Origin: Eledone cirrhosa
Taxonomy: Eukaryota
Reading direction: 5' to 3'
Assembly (NCBI GenBank): GCA_964016885.1
Contig: OZ024742.1
Location: 59,892,001-59,956,000 of the forward strand
DNA length: 64,000 bases
A model generated the notes under the pieces. It was not told the origin of the DNA and searched no databases. It was given only the letters and a program-made list of their open reading frames with translations. The position numbers and the translations under genes are program-made. The first letter of the stretch is position 1; the number at the start of each line of letters is the position of its first letter. This document shows, one piece after another, positions 1 through 12,395 of the stretch.

Positions 1-1262
1 ATGATCATTTACATGTTTTCAAGTGTAAAATATGGAAAATGTTATTGTATTATATAAAATGTTTTGTATTTGTCTATATGTTATTGTTGAAGTTGAATTG
101 ATTCTTTTAATATATTTAATGTACTTAAAACGTTATAATCTGTTTTGCTAGGTGTAATCTGTAACAAACATCAAAGACATACATGAACAGCGTTTTTAAA
201 TAAAGAAATATTCGATATTAGTTCATGAATAATTAAATGTTTTGGTATAAATTTACATTCAACACAAATTTCAATTGTCGAAATTTGACAATGGAATCCG
301 AAAGATTGTTTGCAAGTGATGGCCAAAGTTCGATAACTACGAAGAAATATTGGTCAAACAATTGTTTTGCGCGACTGCAGCAAATCATATTATATTAAAG
401 TATTTAAATATTTGCTTGCAATATGTTGGCATTTCACATAAAGCAGACAAACATATGGGTAGGCAAGGTGGTTCTACACATTAATTGCATCTTCTGGAAA
501 TAACAGCTGCCAAAACTTTATTTCAATTGCATTCTAGCGTCTTAATAAAATAGGGAAAATCACCAGCAACTAACATCAAAAGAGATTTTTCTTTCAATCG
601 AATTCTGTTGAGAATTCCTTTCATTCAATTCTTTACGAGGAGGAAACAAGCGAAAACAATGACACCACAATCACAACTCAAAATAACAAATATCATTTTT
701 AGCGGAATCTATTTCGAAGAAATTTGATTTTGACTGCCATTGGATAAAATATTAACATATAGTTGTGAAATATTTCACGTTATTTATCAGTGTAAATATA
801 CAGTAATAGAAATGAAGGCAATTCACTTCAAAGTAGATTGGCAGTGACGTGCGAAGTTGTTGGTTGTATTGCTTCGTAAAAGGGCTGGTGGAGATCTTTT
901 AACAGAGCTTGGCGCTTGAGAATTTTTTCCATAAGATTTCTTGAATTGTAGGTTTGGTTAGGGCTTCGGTATTTTTACTGTCTCACTGTGTTCTAAGTTC
1001 AAATAGTGCTGTGGTTGTCATTGACTTTCATCCTTCTGGAGTCGTAAAACAGGATCAATCAAGAGAACGGTAGATAGAGGAACAGTTAGTGTCTCGATAT
1101 TTGATCTTTCGCTAAGCATTCCTGGCTCATATCAGGCTATTTTTGCCAGCAGGCTCCTTTTCATATTTAAAGCAAGCTCAGGCAACAGGGAATTCTGTTA
1201 AAAATCTGCTTATATCAATGTTTTAAACAGTATATATTTAAAATCAGAATTAATTAAACTGT

Positions 1263-1347
<85 letters not shown>

Positions 1348-1429
1348 CTCCAGTAACTTGTTGAGTGCTCTAAATCAGTTATAAACATTTATGTTTGTCG
1401 GACTTCCAACAAATTAAATACAACTTCTA

Positions 1430-1468
<39 letters not shown>

Positions 1469-1489
1469 ACATATATATCAACATATATA

Positions 1490-1622
1490 TGACCATGATC
1501 ACCTTGACCGACCAGTCTGTCGAGCCTCCATTCGGCGCCGCTGGTCACAGCACGCCGTCTGGACCGTGCTTTCCTCATCCATGTAGTCCCAATCGTATTC
1601 CTGAAATCGTAACTCCACCAAC
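1490..1622 (-). repeat. Unclassified interspersed repeat end abutting (TA)n
   Basis: Reverse complement matches 29345-29419 (CTGTGACCAGCGGCGCCG...CGACAGACTGGTCGGTCAA.GTGATCA.GGT, then TA repeats). Confidence 0.6.
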
Positions 1623-1624
1623 AT

Positions 1625-1655
<31 letters not shown>

Positions 1656-1659
1656 GTAA

Positions 1660-2056
1660 CAATAATAAATTTGAAGACTAAAATCCAAAGAGGGCTAGAT
1701 AAGGATAAATATATATCAAATATATAAGAACCGTAGAGCAAGTATTTATTAACAGATTAAAGTTTAAACAAAGAATCGCTGCTTTCACCCTTAACGACCT
1801 CATTTATACCGTACTCGTGGTTTTCTCTTTGTTTGTAATTGTTTTCACCGGTCCAAATAATGACGTATTATCTTCGTTTTTTTTCCGTTCTTTGCTAGGG
1901 AACGTTTCCACGAACCAAAGTGTCGTCTTCTTGTCTTCCTTCGGTTGCAACGTTTTTCGAAATATATACTTCTGCGTTCACAGATTGATTTTTTTTAGTT
2001 TCAGAAGATCCCGTTAAGAGTGAAAGCAGCGATTCTTTGCTTAAACTTTAATCTAT
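1660..2056 (-). mobile_element. Fold-back PLE pLTR-like remnant with degenerate hammerhead
   Basis: Inverted arms 1754-1796 and 2012-2054. Right arm reads CAGAAGA-TCCC..-GAAAGCAGC. The same family occurs at 10950-11130. Confidence 0.5.
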
Positions 2057-2063
2057 TATTGTA

Positions 2064-2134
<71 letters not shown>

Positions 2135-2186
2135 GTTAAAGATTGAAGAATAACATAGTCGGCTGTACAAAAAAGGTTTTATTTCA

Positions 2187-2299
2187 AGTATTAACAATTG
2201 TTTCATTGATCAGGTGGGTCAAAAGTCCGCTAATCACTCGAAGTTGCGTCACTCGACCTTAAATATACTGTTTACTTCTGATGAAATCATCGGAATACT
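2187..2299 (-). ncRNA. Type I hammerhead ribozyme (inverted copy)
   Basis: Reverse complement reads AGTATT-CCGATGA-long helix II-GAAAC AATT GTT-AATACT. Confidence 0.7.
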
Positions 2300-2331
2300 G
2301 GAGGTTTTACATATGGCATTGCAGACATTTA

Positions 2332-2367
<36 letters not shown>

Positions 2368-2841
2368 CAAAACTCTCATTCTCAATTTGTATTCCATATC
2401 TACCTTTCTACTCCTTCCCCGTCCTTATCCCTTCCCCTTATGTCTCATCCTCGTATCTTCTCCCCTATTACTTAATTTTTAATTTATTTTTAAAAATCTT
2501 TTATCTGTCATGTGTTACTATTTTTTTATTTCCTACTCTAACCCTCTGAGATTTGGCCACCACGTATGTATGTATTTAATGTTTCTTTTCATGTTAGTAT
2601 TAGCTCTACCCTCACCACGTCTTTAAACATACACTTACTCAGCACTGTAACTTTAATCACCACCACCAACACCACTATTATCAGCTATCGTATTCTGTAA
2701 TTATTATTATTTTACTTATTTTTCGTTTGTATCATCTTCATTCTAACTTCTTTACTTCTTTATTATTATCTTTTATTGTTGATGTTATTTTTATGACTCT
2801 CCGTTGTGTCTATATATACCAATGCCATATGTAAAACCTCC

Positions 2842-2954
2842 AGTATTCCGATGATTTGATCAGAGGTTAACACTGTATTTAAGGTCGAGTGACGCAACTT
2901 CGAGTGATTAGCGGCCTTTAGATTCACCTGATCAATGAAACAATTGTTAATACT
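2842..2954 (+). ncRNA. Type I hammerhead ribozyme with extended helix II
   Basis: Helix I AGTATT/AATACT; core CCGATGA; helix II TTGATCAG/CTGATCAA; GAAA; palindromic helix III AACAATTGTT; GUU triplet. Confidence 0.75.
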
Positions 2955-3167
2955 TGAAACAAAATCCTTTTTGTACAGCCGACCATGTTATTCTTCAATC
3001 TTTCACTATTATTACTCCAAGAATAACCCTCATAGGAATTCTCACGAACTCGCTACCTAACTATGGAAACCTCTTGCTGAGTCAAACAACGCCGTACGTT
3101 AAAACTATCCACAATACAGAGTACTTAGCTCCTCTAACTGGATTACTTTTACTATAACTTGTTATCC

Positions 3168-3290
3168 GCAGCTCAGCCATCGGGGTCCTGACGCTTTTCC
3201 TATTACCTACTCTACTACTCTAAGTATTGAGTACTCTGGTGTGTTATGGTTCACTTGGTATCTTAACACAGCCTCTTTGTTATATGTTAT
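3168..3290 (+). mobile_element. PLE pLTR-like 3' tail fragment
   Basis: GCTCAGCCATCGGGGTCCT...CTACTCTACTAC...AAGTATTGAGTA matches the reverse complement of 4101-4218 and 63181-63290. Ends in (TA)n. Confidence 0.65.
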
Positions 3291-3730
3291 ATATATAGAT
3301 ATATATATATATATATATAAATTAGCGAGAATCGTATTTCGGCTATTGGAAATTAGTGAAAAACAACTTCCTAGATGTGTGGCAAGCGCTCCATAGAAGC
3401 TAGTGAATTAGAGCAACAACGTAAGTTATAAAGCCAAACACACTGAGACGAGGGTTAAACCATTATCCACACAGCCATAGAAACGACCAAGGAATTCCGG
3501 TCAAACAAATAATAAAATATGATTGAAAATTATACCCGGACCCCTAGAAACGTTAGTAAGATCCAGTATGGGGTTTCTGCAACTCCTAAATCAGGTACTG
3601 TCTGCTTAAACCAATAATGTTAAGCTTTTGGTATGATGATTGAACAAGGAAGTCACTCTTTCAACAGGCATTTAGTTCTGTGCAAAGCTAAGGACATATC
3701 TATCTATCTATATATATATATATATATATA

Positions 3731-4034
3731 AAATTTCAGGTTATCAATAATGTAGTGATAATATATCGTTACGTTAGAGATGAACAGCGTACGTGCAGGT
3801 TTGCTCAACGAGTATAAATTATATTCCGGAGAAATGTAGAAAGGATGAATATAAAATGAAAGTGCTTTTGTTAAAAAAGGAATTTATTAGGTATTGACAT
3901 ATGTTTCTGTAACAGACCGAATTATATGATTACGCAAGCAGCGATACATAGGTATTCGGTCTGTTACAGAAACATATGTCAATACCTAATAAATTCCTTT
4001 TTTAACAAAAGCACTTTCATTTTATATTCATCCT

Positions 4035-4039
<5 letters not shown>
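3731..4039 (-). mobile_element. Fold-back PLE pLTR remnant with hammerhead 3' half
   Basis: Perfect ~86-bp inverted arms within 3837-4039 contain GAAAC ATAT GTC followed by AATAAA. Flanked by (TA)n on both sides. Confidence 0.7.
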
Positions 4040-4100
<61 letters not shown>

Positions 4101-4101
<1 letters not shown>

Positions 4102-4308
4102 ACAAATAACAAATAGGGTGTGGAAAGATACTAGGTAAACCATAACGCACCAGATTACTCAATACTTAGTGTAGTAGAGTAAGTAATAGGAAAAGAGTCA
4201 GGACCCCGATGGCTGAGCTCCGGCCCTTTCGACTGCTAGATCCGAACAATTCGGATCTAGCTGTCGAAACGGCCGTAGCTCAGTCGTCGGGGTCCTTAAT
4301 CTTCTCAT
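4101..4308 (-). mobile_element. Fold-back PLE pLTR remnant with hammerhead 3' half
   Basis: Hairpin 4200-4296; right arm has GAAAC GGCC GTA GCTCAG. Lies between (TA)n tracts. Confidence 0.7.
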
Positions 4309-5106
4309 ATATATATATATTACACAAAGAGAAGTTTGTTACACAGTGAGATGTGTGTAAAGAATTATTACAAGTGATTTTACCGTTACTGTATAGAGAA
4401 CAATATCTACAGGTTAGCAATTACATAGAAAAAAACTAATTCAGAATAAAATCTCTGGATTAGAGTTTTAAATCACAAACCTTATAACTATATTTTGCTG
4501 ATACAAATCTCGCTTCATTTCACCACCTATATGTGAAGTATCAGGTCACAGGATCCTCAGTCAGCAAATGCGAACACTGAACACTACACATCTAACCTCA
4601 TGGATAGAGAGATTGCTAATAGACACGCTGGCCAGAGTAGGGCGAAATCACATGTTATTTGCATTAAATAACGGCTCTCATGGATTGGGGAAGACGCTAG
4701 AAAGTGCAGCCCAACCATTCGAATTTATTAGCTCAACAATTTGGAGCTCATTAAGTATACAAAGATCGGAATTAAGAGTATTCCGCAGTTCACTGTAATA
4801 ATAATAATAGGATTAGCTCAAAGAAGAATAGAGAATTTCCTTCTGAGCTCAAATGCTAATACTATTATTATTATACTGAGATAATACTATTATTATTATT
4901 AGATCCGATTTATTATTAAATTAAAAAAACCATTGACATAATTAAATATATAAAGCATTAACAGGCGGAAATTTGTAAATCCTGTTATATATCGTTTAAA
5001 CTTATATAATGTATGCTCTGAATTGATGTTCATGGAGCTGTGTACTGAGAAACATTATTCATATGCATTTTACATGTATTGTTTAAACCTAAAATTAGCA
5101 TATTTC

Positions 5107-5407
5107 TGTGGTGAGAAAGCTATTCCACTTACCGCGAGTCTGCTGGTTCACTCAAAGCCGTGCATCAATATTCGGGTTATAATCAATTCGCCAAGCTGCA
5201 GCTTAATCTGGTACGTCCTTCTTTCTCCAAGTCACCGTGAGAGATACCTTAAGGACGCCGCTTCGGAAACGCATAGACGCCGCCTACAGACGCCGCCTCA
5301 GAAACGCATAGATTCAGCCTACCGACGCCCCCTCAGAAACGCATCTCGCCTCACTCTTCCTCCGCCTCTGGTCAAGCGTCCCCATCTGACGTCACCTCCT
5401 CCACACA
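5107..5407 (-). repeat. 3' LTR
   Basis: Direct repeat of 9069-9299 with an internal tandem expansion. Confidence 0.92.
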
Positions 5408-5409
5408 GC

Positions 5410-8235
5410 CCAGATAAATCTCACCCTCAAACTGCTGCATGTGATAATCTGCCAACCACCCAGGCAGTCGGCGATCCCGTCGCGATCTCCGTAATGTTGG
5501 GGCGGCGCTTTCGATTTCCACTTCCTCTTCCTCGGAGTCCGTCAACACAACGATTCTTCGGACATCCAGGACATGGCGTGGCACTCCGTCCACGGACACG
5601 TTATTCTGGGAATTCACGGCCGTTACCGTTCCCTTTCCCCATTGAGATGTGCAGCGTGCGTCTGGGGGCTTAACACAGACTTCCTCGCCCACCTGTACGA
5701 ATGCGCTCTCTCTCTCTACTGGCCGTTGTGGTACCGTGCACGGGTGCCGCCACTCGTATTTGTATATCGCTCTGTGTGGCACCGATTCCTCAGCCTGTCC
5801 CACCCGAGGGGACATGTACCAAAACACTGCCTCCATTGGTGAGATGTTCCCCCGTTCCGCCATTGCTTTGATTTTGTGCGGTGGTGTTGCTCCACGATCC
5901 CATTTCCGCTCGGCCTGTATGCTGCTCTGAAGAAGCGGTCCACCATCGATCCATCAAGCATTTCCCTCAGCGCCTCAGAGCGGAACGCTGCGCTATTATC
6001 CATCAACAGTTCATCTACAGGGCCCCGCTCCAAAAATATCTCTCTCAACGTCCGCGTGATTTCCTCCGCAGTTCCCATATTCATTTCCCTCCACATCGCC
6101 ATCCGTCCTGGTCCACAATCAACCACCGAGAGGTATGTTCCTGTCGGTAGTGCGTTACGTCCACCGCCAATCGTTTCCAGTCGCGATCCACCGAGAGACT
6201 TCCCGTCTCGTGCACACCCGGGGCGGGATCGATAGACTGGCATCGGACGCAGCCTCTGACCACTCTCTGGACACTGTCTCTGCGAACGTCGGAATCGATT
6301 TTCCTGGCTAGGAACAGTGTCCTATCCACTCCCATGTGGTGCATAGCATGCAACCCTTTAAGGTCTAACTCGCTCAGACGACACACAGCGGCTATCCCCT
6401 CTTCTACATCCTCCGGCGCTTCCATCCAGGCTTTCTTCACTCTGGTTAAGACGTCTGCTCTATTTAACTCTGAGGGCACGAAGACTACACTCAACTTCAG
6501 GCCCAACTCGGTGGCCAGCTCTCCTAGAGTTCCCAGGCATCAGCATTTATCAGCATTTCTGCCGCCCCTCTCGTTCGCCCTCTCTTCTCACTGGTAAACA
6601 CTGACCTCACCCATCCGAGTACAGTCGCCAAGTCGGTGCGAATCTCGACGGTGCGCAGTCCCCACCTCAAGGCGAGGTTCACCCCTCTCAACACAGCGTC
6701 TAGCTCGGCCACATTGATGTGGTTACAATCATCTTTCTTCCTGAGCCAGGCTTCATCCTCGACCTGGACACCTCCTATTTCCAGTGTGAAACCTAACGCT
6801 ATGCTGCTGGCATCACACCATACGGTCCCGCTCTCCGATTCGGGGACATACCAGGGTCCTCGCACCGGGTCATCAGCCTTCACCCTCCCCAGGATCTCCT
6901 GCATCATGGCCATCGTCCTCTCTCCCACCTTGTCACTCCAAGTAATCCCGTCCGCTCGTCTCTTGACATAGGTGCATGCCGTCCGGAGCCACCCAGCGAT
7001 TGGGTAGTGACCCACTAATTTTCCACACACCGAGAAGAGTTCCCGTCTATTCATGTTTGGGCCCAGTTCCGGGACTTCATTTCCCATAAGAAATACCAAC
7101 GTGCTCGTCTTGCCTTTTCGCAGCCTAAGTCCTAGTGCGGCTCCTCACTCCAACGCCTCTGACGGCTTCGCAGTCAATCCGTATCCTCGCAAATGGCTTG
7201 TGACCTCTGCCGCCGACACTATAGTCTCGTCCACTAACATGTCGTCGATGTAGGAATTGGTGGCCCTCTCCATCTTGTCAACCTTTCCCAGAACGGTGTT
7301 GATGACCACCGCCATGATCTTCTGTGCAGAGTTCAGCCCGAAACCGAGCCTGGTCAGGTAATATGTCTGGCCCTTATACCTGACAAGCTGATACTGCCAC
7401 AGCTTCTCCTCCACGTGTAGCTGTAGATAAGCCGACTTTAAGTCGACGATCGTGGAAAGCCCCCCGTCGTACGCGCAGAGTTTCCCCACAGACATCTGTG
7501 ACCTCACCACCCGTGTGACATGACACATGCTCGTTCATCTCCCGAACATCCAACACTGGTCGCACCTTGTTCTTCGTGGGTTGCACCACAGCCATTAACG
7601 GCAGCACCCCACACTTCACCTCCTCCGTCCAGGGAACCAGTATGCCCTCCTCGATCCATCTCTCTACCTCTCGCTCAAACTCTCTCCTAGTATCTCCTTT
7701 CAATGTGTGCTGATAGCAACCCACTTTGTTCTTCAGTGTTGGCGGTTCTCCCTTCCAGTACCACTCAACAATCCATCGTTGCCCGTCGAACACGGCCTTG
7801 GTCCTTATCCTGTACGGTGTGAGCGGCATATTTTTCCTCGTGGGCCTTCTCGCTCTCCTTACGCGTACTCACAGCGCATGCTGGTGCAGCGCCACCAAAT
7901 GTTACCCCCCCCCCCCGACATCGTTCACTGTGACGCCTCCTAATCGGCCAATCGCGTCCATGCCCATAACCACATCAATTCCATGCACTACGCAGTCGAC
8001 CACAATGGCTGAAAGCCTAATTCTCTTTCCCCTTACCACCATCTCCACCTCGCTGCGACCTCTACCTTCAATCTTCCTGCCGTCGACTGCCCTTATGATG
8101 CTCTTCCCTCTCCACTTTTCCACCACCCCCGTGGTCACCAGCGTCGTTGTACATCACGTGTCCACGAGGGCTCGTAATGGCTTTCTCTTCACCTTGACTT
8201 TCCCCACAGGCAGCTCCTCTACACTCGAGGGGTAG
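5410..8235 (-). pseudogene. pol: Gypsy pol (protease, RT, RNase H, integrase), disrupted
   Basis: Protease ALVDT*CTTTLV (~8165); RT VRPVLD, DLKSAYLQ, YIDD; RNase H WCDASS, NVAELDA; integrase HAMHHMG..CVRCQ, VDCG, LMDN, SGNGIVE. Split over several frames. Confidence 0.92.
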
Positions 8236-8249
8236 CTACCGGCGCAATA

Positions 8250-9040
8250 ACTCCCCTTGGACCGTTTCCCTGGTCGCAATTGGTAGCGATGTAGCTCGGC
8301 CGCGTTCACCGGTAGCAAATTATGTCTGGTGTCGACTCCTTACAATCTCTCGCTATGTGCGCGCCCTGGCACCTATAACAACGACCCCTAAAGGTGCGTG
8401 GGCGAATATTCGCCGTGTTTGTCACCCTTTCGGCATTTCGCTGTCGGCTGCCTCGGGCCTCCATCGCCGCTATTGCCGCAACACTCTTCTTAGCATCTTC
8501 CGCTATGATGCGGGCTTGCTCTACCAACGTACGCATCTCCATTTCCTTGTAGCCAGGTATTTGCTGCAGTCTCACCGCGATGTCATCCGGAAATCCGTTT
8601 ATAAATGCCAGCCGCACTGCACACTCGCACTCGACCTGAAACCCCGCCAGCATCCCCAACCTCCTTATCTCCGCAGCAAAAAATATCCACACGCTGACCT
8701 TCCCACCTCATCCTTGCCACCTTGGCAAACGCGGTACACGGACCTCCGCATACGCTTCCATCATACGCCGTTCAATTTGTTGCGCGTCTCTCTGGCTAAT
8801 TTCGTCCATCTCGAGGTACAATGCTAAGGCATCCCCCTCGAGATATAGCGCCATGAGACCGGCCACATCGTCTATCTTTTGTAGCTCGGCGACCACCCGG
8901 AACTTTCGCATCCAAGCGATAACGTCTCCTTCGCTGGTAAAAGCTTTAAGTATTTCACCGCTCAACCGTAATCTCGTCACCCTCTCTTTAGTCCTGCGAT
9001 AAGATAATCTTTGACCCTTTTTTTTTTTTTTTTTTTTCAA
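8250..9040 (-). pseudogene. gag: Gypsy gag, frameshifted
   Basis: ORFs 8708-9040 (LYLEGDALALY) and 8306-8692 with zinc knuckle CYRCQGAHIARDC. Confidence 0.85.
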
Positions 9041-9068
9041 TTGTACGTCTTCATGTGCCGAAATAGCT

Positions 9069-9299
9069 TGTGGTGAGAAAGCTATTCCACTTACCGCGAG
9101 CCTGCTGGTTCACTCAAAGCCGTGCATCAATCTTCGTCGTTATAATCAATTCGCCAAGCTGCAGCTTAATCTGGTACGTCCTTCTTTCTCCAAGTCACCG
9201 CGAGGGATACCTTACGGACGCCGCCTCGGAAACGCATCTCGCCTCACTCCTCCTCCGCCGCCGGTCAAGCGTCCACATCTGACGTCACCTCCTCCCACA
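9069..9299 (-). repeat. 5' LTR
   Basis: TGTGG...CCACA, direct repeat of the 5107 LTR. Confidence 0.92.
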
Positions 9300-9891
9300 A
9301 TTTCTACTCTTAATTTGTTTAAATTAGTTTTGGTTGTCTAAATGGTACATGTTCGGAGCCCTTTTTAGTACACTGTCAGTACTGTAATATTATATCCCCC
9401 CCCCACTCTTTTGACAACATTTTCAAACATTCTTCCCTGGATACATGACTGGTACTGTACAATGCGAACTATATATGGTGCAGACTTAATCTTACTAATG
9501 ACAGGAATCAAGGTCTTGCTATGCTTATCACCAACAACGATAAATGGTAATTGATAATATTTACTGAGATTGATAATGATAATTGTTTCTACTTTAGGCA
9601 CAAGGATAATGATAATTGATAATGTTTGCTTCCTTATTGTTTTGTCTAGGGACCTGTACGCTATTATTCTATCTTGAAGTTTGTCTATTTATTTACATAT
9701 TATTTGTTCTGTATTAACGTACAAAATACAAGCAGTTTCTCAATTGATATATCCTGATATTTATCGTTTAAACTTATACGATTGACGCTCTGTGATATAC
9801 ATACACACACACATATATATATATATACATATATATTTATAAGTATATATATATATATATATACGTATATATATATATATATGCGTGTGGT

Positions 9892-9922
<31 letters not shown>

Positions 9923-10185
9923 GTGTGTGTGTGTGTTCTTATGTATGCGTGTATTTATGGTGTACGTCTTAAATGTTCATGTTTGTGGCGTCTGTTATAA
10001 AAGAAATGCTTTGTTTTTCTATAAGTAATAGAGTTTCTCTTTTAATTGAATATGACATCTGTTGAGGTCATATAGCATATCCACAAGACATATGTCATAT
10101 TGGTAAGTAGGTAGCAAATGAAATAGAATGAATCTGTCGTATAAGAACCTACCTTGACAATGATATTTCATGTGTTGTTTTTGAA

Positions 10186-10258
<73 letters not shown>

Positions 10259-10739
10259 GTTCATATACACACATGCACACAAATACCCACACAGAGGTAC
10301 TTCTATAGATCGGTGTGTGTGAAGTGCCAGAAAGGTAAGAACAATGGATAAAATCCCTCCAGTATATATTTCTGTTCAAATCACATCGTGGTTATACTTG
10401 AGGGCTTAATTAATGCATAACCTTCCCAGTGCAGATAACTATAATAATAGTTGGTCACTATAAATACAAGCTGGAAGAATCTGGGTATATTTATTTTCAT
10501 ACATTTATAATAATTACAGTTTTATTTTATACAGGGTGGCCACTGAAAAACTTGTTCCTTTTCAATCTTTTTTATTTTTTTTTTTTGCCGGTTATAGAGC
10601 ATCTCTTGTTGTTTTTCCACACATAATACTGAACAAATCTATCACTAATATTTCCAAATAAAATAATAAAAATATAAAAAAACGTGTTTGTAAAAGTTAT
10701 TTTTGTTTTATATTGTTCAGTTTTACATTGGCCGCCCTA

Positions 10740-10771
<32 letters not shown>

Positions 10772-10772
10772 C

Positions 10773-10929
10773 AATAATTGTTTCTAATTTTGGCACAAGG
10801 CCACCAATTATCCCAGTGACGCTTTATTTTATCGGCCCTGTAAGGATGAACGGCAAAGTTAACATCAGCGGTATTTGAACTCAGACCCTAAAGGGCGTAA
10901 CTCTACAGATACTGCCAATTCACCACCCC
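10773..10929 (-). mobile_element. tRNA-derived SINE
   Basis: Reverse complement has B-box-like GAGTTCAAAT, then GCCGTTCATCC, and ends AGAAACAATTATT. Many copies in the window. Confidence 0.8.
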
Positions 10930-10949
10930 ATATATAAAATATAGTAATA

Positions 10950-11130
10950 ATAATAATAATAAATATGAAGACTAAAAACAGAAGAGAGCTTGAACAAGGA
11001 TAATATATATATAAAAATATATAAAACCAAAGAGCAAATATTTATTAAATAACAGATTAAATTTTAAGCAAAGAATCGCTGCTTTATCCCTTAATGGGAT
11101 CCTTTGAAATTCAGAAACTGAGTTTCAGGA
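10950..11130 (-). mobile_element. PLE pLTR-like remnant, same family as 1660-1800
   Basis: Shares GAAGACTAAAA...AACAGATTAAA...AAAGAATCGCTGCTTT..CCCTTAA with 1672-1795. Confidence 0.6.
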
Positions 11131-12189
11131 TATATGTATATATAAAATAATTGTTTCTACTTTAGGCACAAGGCCAGCAAATATATATTGATAATAATTG
11201 TTTCTACTTTTGGCACAAGGCCAGCAATTACCCAGTGCATTACTGGTACTTTATTTTATCGACCCAATAATAATCGTTAATTATATAGAAACTGTGTAAT
11301 ATGACGGCTGCAGCTTTATAATATCTGTTTTTCAATAATACCCCTTTTATTAAATTGCTTATTTTATTTTATTACATCTGTCTAGCCATATTTATATTTG
11401 AGCCAATCAATACAGCCTAGTTGTGTACATCCAGTGCTATGTGTTGCTCTGTATCTGCCATATGGCTTTCTAGGCCGATTGAGTGACTAGGTAGATGATC
11501 ATTTATCAGTTATATATGTGATGTTTTGTTTTTTTCGTGAAATAGATACAAAATGTGTTGGTCATGGCATGGCTGAATATTGAAGAAATAAGCTTCACAA
11601 TAATAAGGTTCCGACTTCGGTCACAGGAGTGGCATCTTAATCAAATGAGTTTTGTCATATGTTCCGGTCGACCAAATTCTTGTAACTGACAACGAGTTGG
11701 CAGAAACCGTTAGCAAGTCCACTAAATGGACTCTACCTATAGTTCAAACGAATCACCCTATCATTATGTACCTCCTCTGTTCTGACGTTAAATGTACACA
11801 TGTCTGTGAAATATTCTGTCACTTACACATTAACATACGATGCAATGTACCAGGCATGTGAAGGACCAACTTTGTCCCATATTATATAAAACGTATCTCC
11901 GTTACAGATATGTTAAAATTACACGACTGTGGTATATTTAACTATATATATATATTGATTTAAGATAGGTCGTTCCATTGACAAAATACTAGAACACTTA
12001 TCGCCCAAACCGAAGGTCCGTTCACTTTAAACGAATGACCGATGACACAAAATATTTCTAAAGATAATTCTATGTAGCAAATCTGTACATTAGGGCGCTG
12101 CACAAAATTGTTTTAAAATGTGATATCGTTTTACGAATGTTTTTCCATGCATGCACGACCTGGCGAAATACTTATGCCATTTTTTTTAT

Positions 12190-12395
12190 TAAGCGACGCG
12201 ACCCCTGTCTATTGCTGGGTGACCCACCAGCTGCTGGTGCTGGCACTCATTTTCATCTGAGTGCACTGGAGCAACGTGAAATGAAGTCACCTTATACAAG
12301 GACGCAGAGTCTCACTATGTCTGGAAATTGAATCGAACCTACAATCTTTCTAATCATAAGACCCGATACCTTAACCATTATCTAATGCACCTACT
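12190..12395 (-). mobile_element. Degraded CORE-type tRNA SINE
   Basis: ACTGGAGCAACGTGAAATGAAGT..C.T...CAAGGAC.CA...ATCGAACC resembles a reversed CORE domain plus B box. Confidence 0.5.

Larger units (their letters stand above)
2138..3003. mobile_element. Inverted-repeat PLE pLTR-type element (~185-bp arms)
   Basis: Arms 2138-2321 and 2820-3003 are reverse complements. Each carries a hammerhead motif. Left side abuts (CA)n(TA)n. Confidence 0.8.
5107..9299 (-). mobile_element. Ty3/Gypsy LTR retrotransposon, full length, frameshifted
   Basis: Two TG...CA LTRs; TSD ATTTC at 5102-5106 and 9300-9304; gag-PR-RT-RH-IN order on the minus strand. Confidence 0.95.

Noticed and set aside
5023-5673. 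216-aa plus-strand ORF over the LTR
   Set aside because: Antisense to integrase and LTR, with no domain features.
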